From: Chiloscyllium plagiosum
Taxonomy: Eukaryota
Direction of reading: 5' to 3'
DNA length: 57,518 nucleotides
Assembly: GCF_004010195.1 (NCBI RefSeq)
Contig: NC_057718.1
Coordinates: 70,586,763-70,644,280 of the forward strand
Part shown: positions 25,130-37,649 of the stretch, in pieces
How positions within the stretch are numbered: position 1 is the first letter of the stretch
How the letters are laid out: each line of letters opens with the position of its first letter
Position numbers and translations under genes: made by a program
Notes under the pieces: model-generated
The model's input: only the letters and a program-made list of their open reading frames with translations
What the model was told of the DNA's origin: nothing
Database searches by the model: none

Positions 25130-27162
25130 GTAAGAGTAAAATCGTAATGTTCTCTTGTCCAGTCTCAAAATTAGCATGATGGAAACTGAGTATTCTCTGG
25201 TTCTTAATTGGTTCGAAGGTTGTTCCTGTTCTGATATTTTTCACATGAAATGGAGGCAGTCGTCATTGATTGTATACAGTGTCGAAAGATATGTGATAAC
25301 GTTAAAATCCAGACTCTAGAAAATAATTTTCTAATGGGTTTCGATTCAAAAACCATAGTTTTAAACCTGAACGTGTCAGTGAACAGATGACTTAAGACCT
25401 CCTGGATGTTAATGGAAGTTTGTTTCTATTTTGTGGCTTATTCAGGGGAAAAAAGCCATTAGGTTAGCAGAAGCTAGGATTGGCAAGTATTTTTTCTTTA
25501 AATTAGTTGAGATTGAGTTCAGAAAGAGTCTTGACTGAACATAAATGCAAAAATAGTTTCTCCTAGAAAAAGGAGTTTGTTCAAAGCAGTTATTGGGATT
25601 AAAGTTATCTCCAGGATGGGGGATTCAATTTGTGGCAACTTTGAGACCAGCAGTGGTTAGAGATCACATTGATTAGTCAAAGCTATGAAAGTCTGAGCTC
25701 TTATTGAGAGTCAAAAGTCTGGACTGGAAAAGAAATAGTTAAGTAAAATAGGCAGAAAATTTCTTCAAGTTTTGATTAATTGTAAAATGGTGTTTGGGAC
25801 TTTGTTGCCAGGAATCTGAAGTTTTAAGCTGTTATATGTATATAGTTTGGTTTGTTCTGTTTCACTTCTCTTTCCTTTGCATAATAAACTTTTATTGTTG
25901 AACCCAAATCTACACCTTTGTGTATGTTTCACAAATTTTACTGATTTCTTTGAAAGAGAATTTGTAATTACATGCCTTGATTCACCATTTGGTACTCTTG
26001 TTTATCAGTAATGTAACAATCCTGTAATTATTGTGCACTTAATGATTTCACTCCACGCTTTTCTCACTTCTCCATGTAACCTTGCCATTTAATCCAGGGA
26101 TAAGGGAAAAAGGTTTATTCTTATGAACCTTTTCTTGCATTCTCCCTAAAACTAAAATGTGGTGCTGAGAACTGGATGCAAAGTTCCCTCTTGAGGCCAA
26201 ACCTGTTTTATACAAATCGATCAGAAGTTCTTTTGTTCCTTTGCATCCCTGTCTAAAACGCCCAGGATTCTATATGCTTTATTAGCCATACATTATATTC
26301 AGCTTTCTGTTCTTATGCAAAGTATGATTTGCCCGCATAGCATGCAAAACAATGCTTTTCACTGTATCTTCATACATGTGGTGATAAATAAAATATAATC
26401 TCTCAACCTGCCCTGTCCGCTTCAGTGATTTTATGCACGTATGTACTTCAGATCCTGCATCTTTTAGTATTGTATTTAGTTTACATTTTGCCCCTGCTGC
26501 TACTTGCCAAATGAATCACTTCACATCTCTTACATTAAACTTCATTGACCTATTTTTGTTCCATCAGTCTTTTTAATGTTTTGTGATATTTTCCCCTTTG
26601 TGCACTGTGCTTCCAGTTCCATGCCATGCATAGATTTTGAAATTGTATCATGTACACCCAAATCTGAAACCCAATTTGGGCCACCTCCTTCCAGTTCAAC
26701 AAAAAAGGGAGCATGCACCTGTCACTTTGCTGGCACTTGGCCATTTTTGTACCAAGCTTGCTTCCAAACCCTATAATCTACAAGCTGTGATGTTGTGTAC
26801 ATACGTAATTGATGTGTGCCACTCATATTAGATGTGTTGTGGATGTCCATATAGTCTACATCAATTGTAATACACACATTTACCATTTCTGTTGCCTGAT
26901 CAAAAAACTAATGTGAATTAGTTAAAATACTATTAGAACATCTTGCATCCATGCTGGCTTTCCTTTAATTATTTGGCCAGGTTATTGATTCTAAAGGTTT
27001 CTCGTCAGCTAAGGTGCATAAGGCTATGGACCAATGCGAGAAAATTGGATTAGAAAATTTTGAAGTGGTTGTTTTTGACTGATGTGGATGCAATGGGCCA
27101 GAGACTTAACTCTTAGACTCTAAGCAAGATTAAACTGACTAGTCTGTAGGTGCTGGATTTAT

Positions 27163-27503
27163 TCATAGAATCCCTACAGAATGGAAACAGGCCATTTGGC
27201 CCAACAATTCCACTTCGACCCTTTGAAGAGTAACCCACCCAGACCCATTCCCCTTCCATAATTATTTGACATTTACCCCTGACTAATGTACTGAACCTAT
27301 ACATTCTGGGACACTATGGGCAGTTTAGCATTGCCAATTTACCTAAACTGCGCGTCTTTGGATTATGGAAGGAAGCCGGAGCACCCGGAGGAAACGCACA
27401 CAGTAACAAGGAGAATGTGCAAATTCCACACAGTCGCCCGAGGCTAGAATCGAATCCAGTGCTGTGAGGCAGCAGTGCTAACTGCTGAGCCATTGTGCTG
27501 CCC
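27163..27503 (-). mobile_element. HE1-like SINE
   Basis: Complete head, core and tail on the minus strand. Confidence 0.85.
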
Positions 27504-28831
27504 AAACTACACAGCCTTTTCTCAAATTAGGGTACCACATTTGCAATTCTCTCATCTTCTAGAATGACTTAGAGACTGAAAATTAAAAAATAATAGCCAT
27601 TGCCTCTGCAGTTAATGCCCACCTTCCTTCAGTATACTTTGTTCATCTCATCTTGTCCTGGTGACTGAGCCTCGTTGTATTTAAAAGTTATCAAATACTA
27701 CTTATCAATTTACACCCAACCATTATCTCAAATTGCTCTTCTTTTGTAATGACTTGAGCAGTATCTTGTACCTTGGTTAAAGATAGATGCAAAGTATTGA
27801 TTTAGCATCTCCCATTATATGACTTGCCTTCATCTGTTAGGGACCTAACAGGCTAATTAGTTTCAGTCTCTTTATTTTTCTACAATCTTTTCATAACGTG
27901 TGCCAAATAGAAATAACTTCTTTATGGTAGTTGCCAGTCTCTTGTCATCTTGTCTAATTCACTTTTTTGTTTCTTTTGTGATTTTCCACTTCCATTTCTG
28001 AGAATCCAGTTGAATGTAGGTTCAACTTTTTGCATAAACTATCCTATGCACCCTCTTTCTGCATCCTCCTCTGTCTCTGTCGTCAATCAGGGCGACTCTG
28101 ATGGAATATATTTTAATTGTGCTCTGTCATCTTTAAAGGCAATCTGTTTTTCACTTGCCATTTTGCTTGTTGTTCTTTGTTTCTAATTTATCTAGCAATC
28201 CTTTCTCTCTCTGTTGAAACTGACATTTCCATCCTTCCCACAGCCCTCTTCATTTACTCTCGCACTCTTGTTCTTCTTCCCGTACTCCTCAACCCACCTT
28301 CCCCCCCCCCCCCCCCCCCCCCCCCCCCACCCTGGGAAAGACAAATGTTAATTATTGTACTGTGGCTTGGTTTTAATTTTCTATCACTGTTGTTCCACTC
28401 TGGCCTTCCTCATTCCCAAGAATCAGTTCCAGGAATGCCTCCTTTGCTGGACTGTTGTAAAAAAAATGCTGTTCAACTTATTCCCCTTTTCTGCTGTTTA
28501 CACTATTCCTGTTTCGGGCTATATTAGGATAACTGCAACCACTCTAATTCTTCCACTTCCCTGTAATTTTCTTCCAAATTTGTTCCTCCACAAGTTGGTA
28601 GCTTATTCGCTGCACACAACAATGTAAGAGTACCTCTCCATTTTCTTGGCTTCAACCAACTAGCCTTTTCACCCCTCTGGGACAGTCATTTTCTTCAGCA
28701 CCCTCTTTATTTTAATTAATTAATATTGCTGACAGCCTTTCCTTTCCTACATTTTCTGAACACTTGCACCAGAAATATTTAATATATAGTTGTTTTGTTG
28801 TCCCATGTCTCCATTATTGCCACCATATTTT

Positions 28832-28947
28832 CATTCCTGATAGAGGGATGATTCTCCTGCTTCTTGAGCGCTGCCTGATCGGCTGTGCTTTTCCAGCGCC
28901 ACACTTTTCGACTTTGACCTCCAGTTTCTGCAGTCCTCAATTCTCCT
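28832..28947 (+). mobile_element. Solo Penelope-like pLTR, hammerhead partly deleted
   Basis: attcctgatagaggg...ctgcagtcctcaattctcct; TSD-like accatatttt / actatatttt. Confidence 0.75.
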
Positions 28948-29066
28948 ACTATATTTTTACATGGCAACTCTGGATTTGCAGCAAATTTTGGATATGTTGT
29001 CACAGTAGGATTTGCAGCAATTGATTGCACTTTTTTAAAAAAAAAACTGTTTACTTTGGACGCTAG

Positions 29067-29227
29067 ACTTGGCTGAGCAGATGCAGCGAGCATTTGAACT
29101 GGAAGAAGAGAGGAAAAAAGCACAATTTGAGGCTGAGCGTCTAGAAGCTGAACGCTTGGAAGCTCTTCAAGCAAAAGAAGAGTTGCAGAGACAGGCTGAG
29201 GAACAAATGAAAAGCCAGGAGCAATTG
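29067..29227 (+). CDS. EZR: Ezrin coding exon (161 bp, coiled coil)
   Basis: cgctag|AC TTG...CAA TTG|gtaaga; LAEQMQRAFELEEERKKAQFEAERLEAERLEALQAKEELQRQAEEQMKSQEQL. Confidence 0.95.
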
Positions 29228-29504
29228 GTAAGAGCTGGTTTGCTCTAACTGAAGCAATATGGCTTCACAAAGTTTGCGCAGTTGTTTATTTAATGACACT
29301 TGTGTTCCAATCGTTCCTGCTTTCTGTCTACTATGATGGCAGATGGGCCTTTCCACGGCACTAAACTTAGACACCCAAGCTTGTTTGTGTGTGAATTGAA
29401 AGTACTGGTGAACTGAGTGTCAAGTAAATAGCCTTTACACAAGTCAAAGAATTGGATTTAAAAGCTTATTTATTTTTGTATGAAGAATATCTTACATTTT
29501 AGTC

Positions 29505-30115
29505 CTAGTCATGCAACATAGAAAACAGACCCTTCGGTCCAATGAGTCTATGCTATGCTCCCAAGCTACACTAATCCTACTTCCCTGCTTTTGGCCGTAT
29601 CCCTTCAAACCTTTCCTATTCCTGAATTTATCCAAATACCTTTTAAACATTGTAACTAAACCTGTATCCACCAGTTTCTCTGACAGTTCATTTCCACAAA
29701 CTAATCACTTTTTTCCTTTATATAAAAAAAAGTTCCTCCTCCTATCTTTTTTTTAAAACCTTTCCTCCTCTTGCTTTTCTATTTAAAAAAAAGTGTCTTA
29801 GTTTGGAGCTCCGCCCCACAGTAGGGAGAAGACCCTTGTTATTCACCTTTTGTGATGTTGCTTATGATTTATGTACCTCAATAAGGTCACCCCTCAACCT
29901 CATATACATTCCTGTAGAAAAGGTTCCAACTTTTCCAGTCTATTTCTTTTTATCAAGCCCTACATTCCTGGCAACATCCTGCTAAATCTTTTGAGCCATC
30001 TCCAATTTAATAATATCGTTCCTATAACAGAGCAACTTGAACAGCATGCAGTACTTCAGAAGAGGTCATACCAATGTCCTGTATAACCTCAATGTGTCCC
30101 AACTCCTTTACTCCA
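29505..30115 (-). mobile_element. CR1 3' fragment
   Basis: Colinear with 19989-20550 (acagacccttcggtccaa..., cctggcaacatcct...). Confidence 0.75.
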
Positions 30116-30130
30116 AGTTGAAAACTATCA

Positions 30131-32005
30131 AGCTGGAAAAGCACAGCAGGTCAGACAGCATCAGAGGAGCAGGAGAGTCAGCGTTTTGGGCATAAGCCCT
30201 TCAGGAATGTGAAGGGGAATAGAGGGAAGATAGCGGAGAAGGTAAATGTGGGGGGTGATTATCTTGGAGGAGAGGGTGGAGTGGATAGCTGGGAAGGAAG
30301 ATGTACAAGTCAAGAGGAGGGTTGGATCTGGGACGGGGTGGGGAGAGGAGATGAGGTAACTGTTGCTGTGTAGTTGCAGGATCCCCAAGGCTGAAGATGA
30401 GGTATTCCTCCTCCAGTCGTCAGGTGGCTTGTGTTTGGTAGTGGAGGCAGCGTATCCTTGCATGACCTTGGCAGAGTGGGAGGGGGAGTTGATGTGGTCA
30501 TCCACAGGGTGGTAGGATTGTTTGGTGTCCCAGAAATATTCCCTGAAAGGTTCAGCGAGTTGACGTCCTGAGTCCCCAATGTAGAGGAGACCACATCAAG
30601 AGCAATGGATGCAATTGATAAGGCATTTGGATGTGCTGGGAAATCTCTGCCAGATGTGGATGGTTCCTTTTGGGGCCTTGGACCGAGGTGAAGGCAGAGG
30701 TGTTGATGCAGGTTTTGCACCTCTTGGAGTGGCAATGGAAGACCTCAGAAGTGGAGTGTGGGTTGGTGGGCAGCATAGATCTTATGAGGGAGTCACGGAG
30801 GGAATAGCGCCTCTTGAATCCAGGTAGGGGTGGGAAGAGAAATATATCTCTCTGGGTGTAGTCTAATTGTAGGTGGTGGAAATTGGCAAAGGATAATGTG
30901 CTGATTCTGGAGATTATGGGGTGGAAGGTGAAGACCAGGGGTGTTGAATCCTTGTTGTGGTTAGAGGGTTACAGTTCATGGGAGGAGATGCAGGAAGTGG
31001 AGGAGATGCATTGGAGGACATTGTTGATCACATGGAAGGAGAAATTGCAGTCTTTGAAGTAGGAATCCGCCGAGGATGGCTTGGAGTGAAATTGTGCCTC
31101 CTGGCAGAGGCAGAAGAATTTGGATTAAGGGATAGTGTTTCTACAGGAGGGGGAGGTGGGAGGAGGTGTAGGAGCTGTGGGAGTCGGTGGGTTTGAAGTA
31201 GATGTCGGTTGCCAGAGATGGAGACTCTCTGGTCTGGGGGGGATGGGTGGTGGGGCGGGTGCCTGAGGTGGTCCAGGTGAACTTGAGGCCATTTGTGAAG
31301 TTTTGCTGTTTAACTACCTTGTGGGAGCATGAGGTGACGCCAATATAGTCATCGATGTAGCCGAGGGAAAGGTGGGATAGTGCCAGTGTAACTGTGGAAA
31401 ATGGACATGTATTCGATGAAGAAGCAAGCTCGGCTGGGGCCCATGCAGGTGTCCTTGCCTACCCCCTTTGGTCTGAATGGAGTGAGAGGATTTCAAGGAG
31501 AAGTTGTGGGAGAATTTTGGGAGGTGAGGTGGTGGTCGAAGGGTCAGTAGAAGGAAGTGCCTATAAGTTGGTGCCTCCCCTCCCATGGCCAGATCATTCA
31601 CAATCTCATCACCTAAGGGGATCTCCCATTCACAGCCTCCAACCTCCATAGTCCCGGAACCCTGCACTGCAAGGTTCTACTTTTTTTTTAAAATCCAAAA
31701 TTCACCAACCTGTCTGCCCTGCTGGAGCCATCATCTCTGCCTGTTCCTGCCCCACTGAAATTAACTCTTGACACCATCCTGTACCCATTTCATCCAGGAA
31801 CTCCCCTCATTCGGGACACCGCACATGTGCTCCACTTCCATGAGTTTTGTTTCTCCAGCCTTATCTTCACCCAGGACGTCCAGTCCCTATACATGTCCAT
31901 TCACTGTGATGAAGGCCTCCAAGCCCTCTTTCTTCCTCTCCTGCTGACCCAGCCAGTACCCCTCCATCTTGATTGGTGGAACTAGTCCTCACCCTTGACA
32001 ACTAC
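30131..32005 (-). mobile_element. Penelope-like element with RT and GIY-YIG remnants and an inverted 5' segment
   Basis: Minus strand: pLTR, GIY-YIG/linker, YIDD (31348-31359), QTKG..MGP motif; plus strand ~31575-32005: FTQDVQSLY, LVELVLTLDN. Confidence 0.88.
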
Positions 32006-32094
32006 TACTTTTGCTTTTTGTCCTTCGATACAAAATTGTTAATGTATTCCTCCCAAAATTGCACAAAATTTCATGTCTGCCTCTATTCTCCTAA

Positions 32095-32410
32095 TGTAGA
32101 GTTAGAGATGTACATGGGAACGGACCTTTTCAGTCTAACTCGTCCATGTCCACCAGATATCCGAAATAAATCTCGTCTCATTTTGCCAGTTTTTGGCCCA
32201 TATCCACCTCAACCCTTCCTCTTTAAATGTTGTAATTGTACCAGCCTCCTCCACTTCTGGCAGTTCATTCCATACACATGTCACCTTCTGTGTGGAAAAA
32301 GTTGCCCCTTAGGACCCTTTTTTAAAATCTCTTCCCCCTCATCTTTTAAATTTATGACCTCTAGTTTTGAAATCTATTCCACATAAGCCATGTTGACTAT
32401 CCTTAATCAG
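32095..32410 (-). mobile_element. CR1 3' terminal fragment
   Basis: tagagttagagatgtac... colinear with the 19989 terminus. Confidence 0.75.
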
Positions 32411-34184
32411 TTCTTCTACTTCACATTGACCATAGTGTTAGGTGTGTCCATTTAAGACCAATAATATCTACTTGTCCCTGTATGGTAGCACCTACTTCAA
32501 CCTTCACTCAAGTTTCTTTTAATGTATCCCTTGTAAATTTTTTCCTTAACTACTTGTTCATTTCCAACCCATATTTCTGAATTTTACTTGTTCCATGATG
32601 TTTTGCATCTCTTCTGACTTTTGCCAGTAGCATTTTATTGTCAGTGTATTACAAGCTCACTTTCTTGCCCAATTGTTTACTCCAAGAATTACATCTAATT
32701 CTCTGAATATTAATTCTGTGTAGAGGTTCATTTGGAAACAGTGCACAGCCTTGTTTTATTTATCTTCTCCCTTGAAACATTATCCAATTATCTATCTTGC
32801 CTGATGATCAAAACTTCGACCCAACAGAAACTTTGGATAATCTCTCCTCATTACTGTCAAGTTTGCATTTCAGTATCTGGTCTATTAACTGCTTATCAAT
32901 GCAATGGTGTGTTTTTCCTTTGCCTGTGAAGTGTATGTTCTCCGCCTCTTGTCCCTACCCCAGGTCTAAATCCAAATTCTTTTACTTGCTTGAGCTTCGT
33001 TGCATTATTTATTTACATTGTGGCTTTAAGTTCTGAACTCACTGCACAGTCCATCGTTTTAGATAGTTTAGCAAATAATGAATGTATCCCTTTGGTATAT
33101 ATTTGTCAAATGTTTTTGTTCTAACATCTAAATTTGTTTTTACACAAACTTTTAGATGTTTAACTATACTTTTCCCATACTCATCATTTCCAAGCAGACT
33201 TCACGTCTGTCTTGTTTAGTCCTTCATTGTCTTTATATCTTAAGGACTGCTTCTATTAGGAAAGTAAAATATTTGACTAGAGGGGATTAACTGTAGAGTA
33301 AAATATTATTTGAAAAGGACAGCAAAAATGTAACTCTAATTTTGTTCCACCTCTAATACCATTTCTCTTTACCCTGCCTATATACATTTTTAATTTTAAT
33401 TTCATCATAATCCTAGATGTTTCTCTTCTGATTACTTTAAAGATAAAGTACAATGAGCTCAGATAATTAGAATCTAGAAACTAAACTAGATTCTTTAAAT
33501 CCTTTTTTTTCTTCTATACCCATTAGACTTGCACTGAAACTCAAGTCTAAATTGGAAGATTTATAAATTGGTCTGAGTGCTCTGAATATTATTTTAAGAG
33601 TTTATGCCTTCATCTTTCCAACTATCCTAAGTTGCAAACTTCCAATTCAGCTGGTATCTCCAGCATCTTAAAACACTACTGCTGCACCACATGAACCCTC
33701 TACATCCCCATTTTTTTAGAATCTAAAACTTAACTACTAAAATGTAGAGCCACCCCAATAATTGACTTTACTTTTTAAATTATCTTTGAGGCAGCCTGAT
33801 CGCTTGATCATTTTAGAACCCAGATGCTTAACAATAACTCCCCTTTCAGAGGGTTGTTGTTTTTTGAAGAAACCATTGTCTCAAGATAAAATATAGTTTT
33901 CCCCAAAATTAGTTGGCCATATCAGAGACAAACTCTATAACTGGTTTGAGGAAAGGAAAAAGCCATTGAATGAAAAGCCCAGCTGTACTGGTCCAAACAA
34001 AAATAATGTTTTAGATTGAACTATTATGTAAGTAATTAAAGGAATATTTTTTGTAAGCTTTCCTTTTACAAGATATCAGAATTGATTAAAGCATAATATT
34101 TGCACAAAGCCTTTCACCAATTATGTTTCAATTCCCAGAAGGGAAAGGATAGTTTTTAAATTTAATTTTTATTTCTATTCTAAG

Positions 34185-34277
34185 GCATCAGAGTTATCAG
34201 AATATACAGCCAAGATTGAAGAACTAGAAGATGCCAGAAGAGTGAAAGAGGAAGAGGCACAGGAATGGCAGGAACGG
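34185..34277 (+). CDS. EZR: Ezrin coding exon (93 bp)
   Basis: ttctaag|GCA...GAA CGG|gtgaag; ASELSEYTAKIEELEDARRVKEEEAQEWQER. Confidence 0.94.
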
Positions 34278-34669
34278 GTGAAGAGCTATTATTTGATATC
34301 TTGTATTTATGTGGAAATAAGGAAGCAGTTGTTTCAATCTGACTTTGTCAAATCCATGGAATTAGCTAATTTTAAGGTCCTTTTTTTAAAATATGCTATG
34401 CATTTGTGACCCTCTGCTGCTACTTGCCATTTCATTATAGTGATGACTTTCTAGGATGATTTAAGAAAGAGCACAGAACATGACATCACTCCCCCCGCCC
34501 CCCCAACCTCCAGTTGTTGAATATAGTGTTCTCAAAAAAAGGATGACTGTTTTTTGTGGGCTGCATAGCCCTTGCATAAATTATACTGAAGTGCCACTGA
34601 TTGTGAGCCTGACACACTTGAAAGTGATATGCCTCGGTAAAGAGTTGATCCAGAAGTGAAACTGCATTG

Positions 34670-35120
34670 GTCCCTGTGGAACATCACTAGTTACAGCCCT
34701 CATTCCACACTACTACCCTCTGTCTCCTATGAATAAGCCAGTTTAGTATCCATCTTGCCAGCTTGCCCCTGATATCATGGGTACCCCTCACCTTTCATGC
34801 TAGTCTGCTGTGTGGGACCTTGTCAAAACTTTTACTGAAGTCCATGTAGACACCAACCACTTTTCCTTCATCAGTCATCATCACCTCTTCAAAACTCAAT
34901 CAGATTAGTGTGACACCACCTCCCCTGCACAAAACCATATTGTTTATTGCCATTTGCTTCTAAATGTTTATAGATCCTGTCCCTGAGAATATTTTCCAAT
35001 AACTTCCCTACCACTGACGTAAGGCTCACAGGCCTCCATTTCCTAGATTATTCCTGTTACCCAAATTAGACAATAGGACAAGATTAGCTATTTTTAGTCC
35101 TTTCTTACATCACCTGTTTA
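34670..35120 (-). mobile_element. CR1 RT fragment
   Basis: gggaccttgtcaaaacttttactgaagtccatgtagac (YMDFSKSFDKVP on minus). Confidence 0.75.
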
Positions 35121-35665
35121 CTTAAGCTGGCAAGCAAATTCTTGAATGATAAAATATTGCAGCTTTCTCACTTGGAGTAATTCTATAATGAGAGAACACC
35201 TCTGAAAGCTAATGTAAACAGTGTACACAAAAGTATCTTATTTTTTTGTTCTGCTATTTCCAATATTGTTTTGGTACAAATTTCACTTATGGCTTGAATT
35301 GCTCCTTCTGCCATATCTTGCACATTTGCAAGATGTGGAAGGAGGGCAATTTGTAGTGAGCAGAATTGTATTTCGTTACAATGCTAGAAAATTGCTTGAG
35401 AATTCAATGACTTGGAGGGATGCAGCTGTGAAAATTGTGGATTTCCTGGTCTGAAGGTGCAAACCTTGTATCATTTTACCCACAATGTTCTCTCAACCTA
35501 ATAACATTAGGGCCCTTCCAACCAGGAGTGTTTCTTGAGCTAATGTTGGAGCTTTGACATGTAGGCACAATGGTTCAACAAAACAGGAATTAATGTGTTC
35601 TGCTTGTTGTAACTGAATCCAGCACTTGTAAACATTTTGCTATGTTTGTACATTATTCATTTCAG

Positions 35666-35920
35666 GCAAGAATGGTCCAGGGTGATTTGGACAAAACAAA
35701 GGAAGAACTGCACATGGTATTATCTGCCCCTGCACCACTCCCACCTCCACCCCCTCCTCCAATCTACGAGCACCTGGAAGAGAATGAACATGATGATGCT
35801 GAAGAGAATCATTCCACGTACAGTGCTGACCTTGCAACTGAAGGCATCTTGGATCACAGATATGAAGAAGAGCGAGTGACTGAAGTGGAGAAAAATGAAC
35901 GAGTGCAACAGCAACTGATG
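35666..35920 (+). CDS. EZR: Ezrin coding exon (255 bp, polyproline linker and start of C-ERMAD)
   Basis: tttcag|GCA...CTG ATG|gtaagg; [36 protein letters not shown]...[25 protein letters not shown] matches ezrin PPPVYE (Y478). Confidence 0.95.
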
Positions 35921-36151
35921 GTAAGGAGCTGTATTGCCTGTGGTGGATAATACACCGTATCATAAATGGGAATGCATTTAGAATCCTAAGATTCCTACAG
36001 TATGGAGACAGGCAATTTGGCCCATTGAGTCTGCACTGCCCCTCAAAGGGCATTCCACCCAGCTCCCCCACACCAAACCCCCCCCACCGACTTTCCATGG
36101 CTAATCCAACTATCCTGCACATCCCTGAACACTGTGGGCAATTTAGTGTGG

Positions 36152-37382
36152 GGTTTAGATCAGAGTAGTGTTGAAAAAACAAAGCAGGTCAGGCAGCATC
36201 AGAGGAGCAGGAAAATCGACGTTTCGGACAAAAGCCCTTCATTGGGAATAGAGGCAGGGAGCCTCCAGAGTGGAGAGCTAAATGGGGGTTGGGGCTGGGG
36301 TGAAGATAGCGAAGAGTACAATAGGTGAATGGGGGTGGGGATGGAGGTGATAGGTCACAGGGGAGGGTAGAGCGGAGAGGTGGGAAGGGAGATTGGCAGG
36401 TAGGACAGGTCATGAGGACAGTGCTGAGCTGGAAGGTTGGAACTGGGGTAAGGTGGGGGGTGGGGAAATGAGGAAACTGAAGTCCACATTGATGCCCTGG
36501 GGTTGAAGTGTTCCAAGGTGGAAGATGAGGCGTTCTTCCTCCAGGCGTCGGGTCGTGAGGGACTGACGGTGGAGGACGCCCAGGACCTGCATGGGGAGGG
36601 GGGAGTTGAAATGTTGAGCTATGGGGCAGTGGGGTTGACTGGTGTGAGTGTCCCGGACATGTTCCCTGGACGCCTCCTCGCAGAGTGCTTCAGTCTCCCC
36701 AATGTAGAGGAGTCCACATCAGGAGCAACGGATACGATAATTGCATTGGTGGATGTGCAGGTGAAACTTTGGATGTGGAAGGCTCCTTTGGGGCCTTGGA
36801 TGGAGGTGAGGGGAGGAGGTGTGGGTGCAGGGTTTGCAATTCCTGCGGTGGCAGGGGAAGGTGCCAGGATGGGAGGGTGGGTTGTTGGGGGTCATGGACC
36901 TGATCAGGTCCACCTGACCCAGGAGGACCAGTCCCACCACAGAACACACCAGATGGCCATCTTTATTAGAGATCGTAATTTCCCTTCCCACACGGTTGAA
37001 GATGCCCTCCAACACATCTCATCCACATCTCGCACCTCTGCCCTCACCCCACCCCTTCAACCATAACAAGGACAGAACCCCCCAGTCCTCACTTTCCACC
37101 CTACCAACCTTCACATAAACTGCATCATCTGTTGACATTTCTGCCACCTCCAAACGGACCCCACCACCAGAGATATTTCCCTCCCCACCACTTTCCGCAA
37201 AAACCGTTACCACCGTGTACTCTTTGCTAACTTCTCCCTAGCGCCTCTATTCCTGATGAAGGGCTTTTGACCGAAAAGTCGATTTTCCTGCTCCTCGGAT
37301 GCTGCCTGACATGCTATGCTTTTCCAGCACCACACTGATCTAAACTCTGGTTTCCAGCATCTGCAGTCCTCACTTTTGCCTA
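36152..37382 (-). mobile_element. Penelope-like element with inverted pLTRs and internal inversion
   Basis: 14-bp TSD gcaatttagtgtgg (36138-36151, 37383-37396); minus PGTFPCHRRNCKPC linker, LLYIGET, EEERLIFHLGTLQPQGINVDF; plus-strand segment 36913-37220. Confidence 0.92.
37249..37284 (+). ncRNA. Minimal hammerhead ribozyme motif (stem II/III substitutions)
   Basis: attc-CTGATGA-agggcttttgacc-GAAA-a-GTC-gatt. Confidence 0.55.
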
Positions 37383-37649
37383 GCAATTTAGTGTGGCCAA
37401 TTCACCTAACCTGCACATCTTTAGACTTTGGGAGGAAACCAGAGCACCCAGAGGAAATCCACTCAGACGTGGGGCATTTATGCAAACTCCACATAGATTG
37501 TTGCCTCAGAGTGGAACTGAACCCAAATCCCTGCTGCTGTGAGGTAGCAGTGCTAACCAGTGAGCTACCATGCCACCCTTTGGGTTGAACATCGTTAACT
37601 AGTCAAATATCTAGTCAGGAATTGCTCTGTGTAGTGTTTTCTTTCTCTC

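Larger units (their letters stand above)
35978..37578 (-). mobile_element. HE1-like SINE split by a Penelope insertion (halves 35978-36151 and 37383-37578)
   Basis: Halves join at the duplicated gcaatttagtgtgg. Confidence 0.88.

Noticed and set aside
28117..28527. Polyproline-containing ORF
   Set aside because: The prolines come from a C28 homopolymer; the rest is low-complexity intron sequence.
35640..36182. 180-aa antisense ORF over the polyproline exon
   Set aside because: Shadow frame of the exon fused to SINE/PLE sequence; no independent signals.
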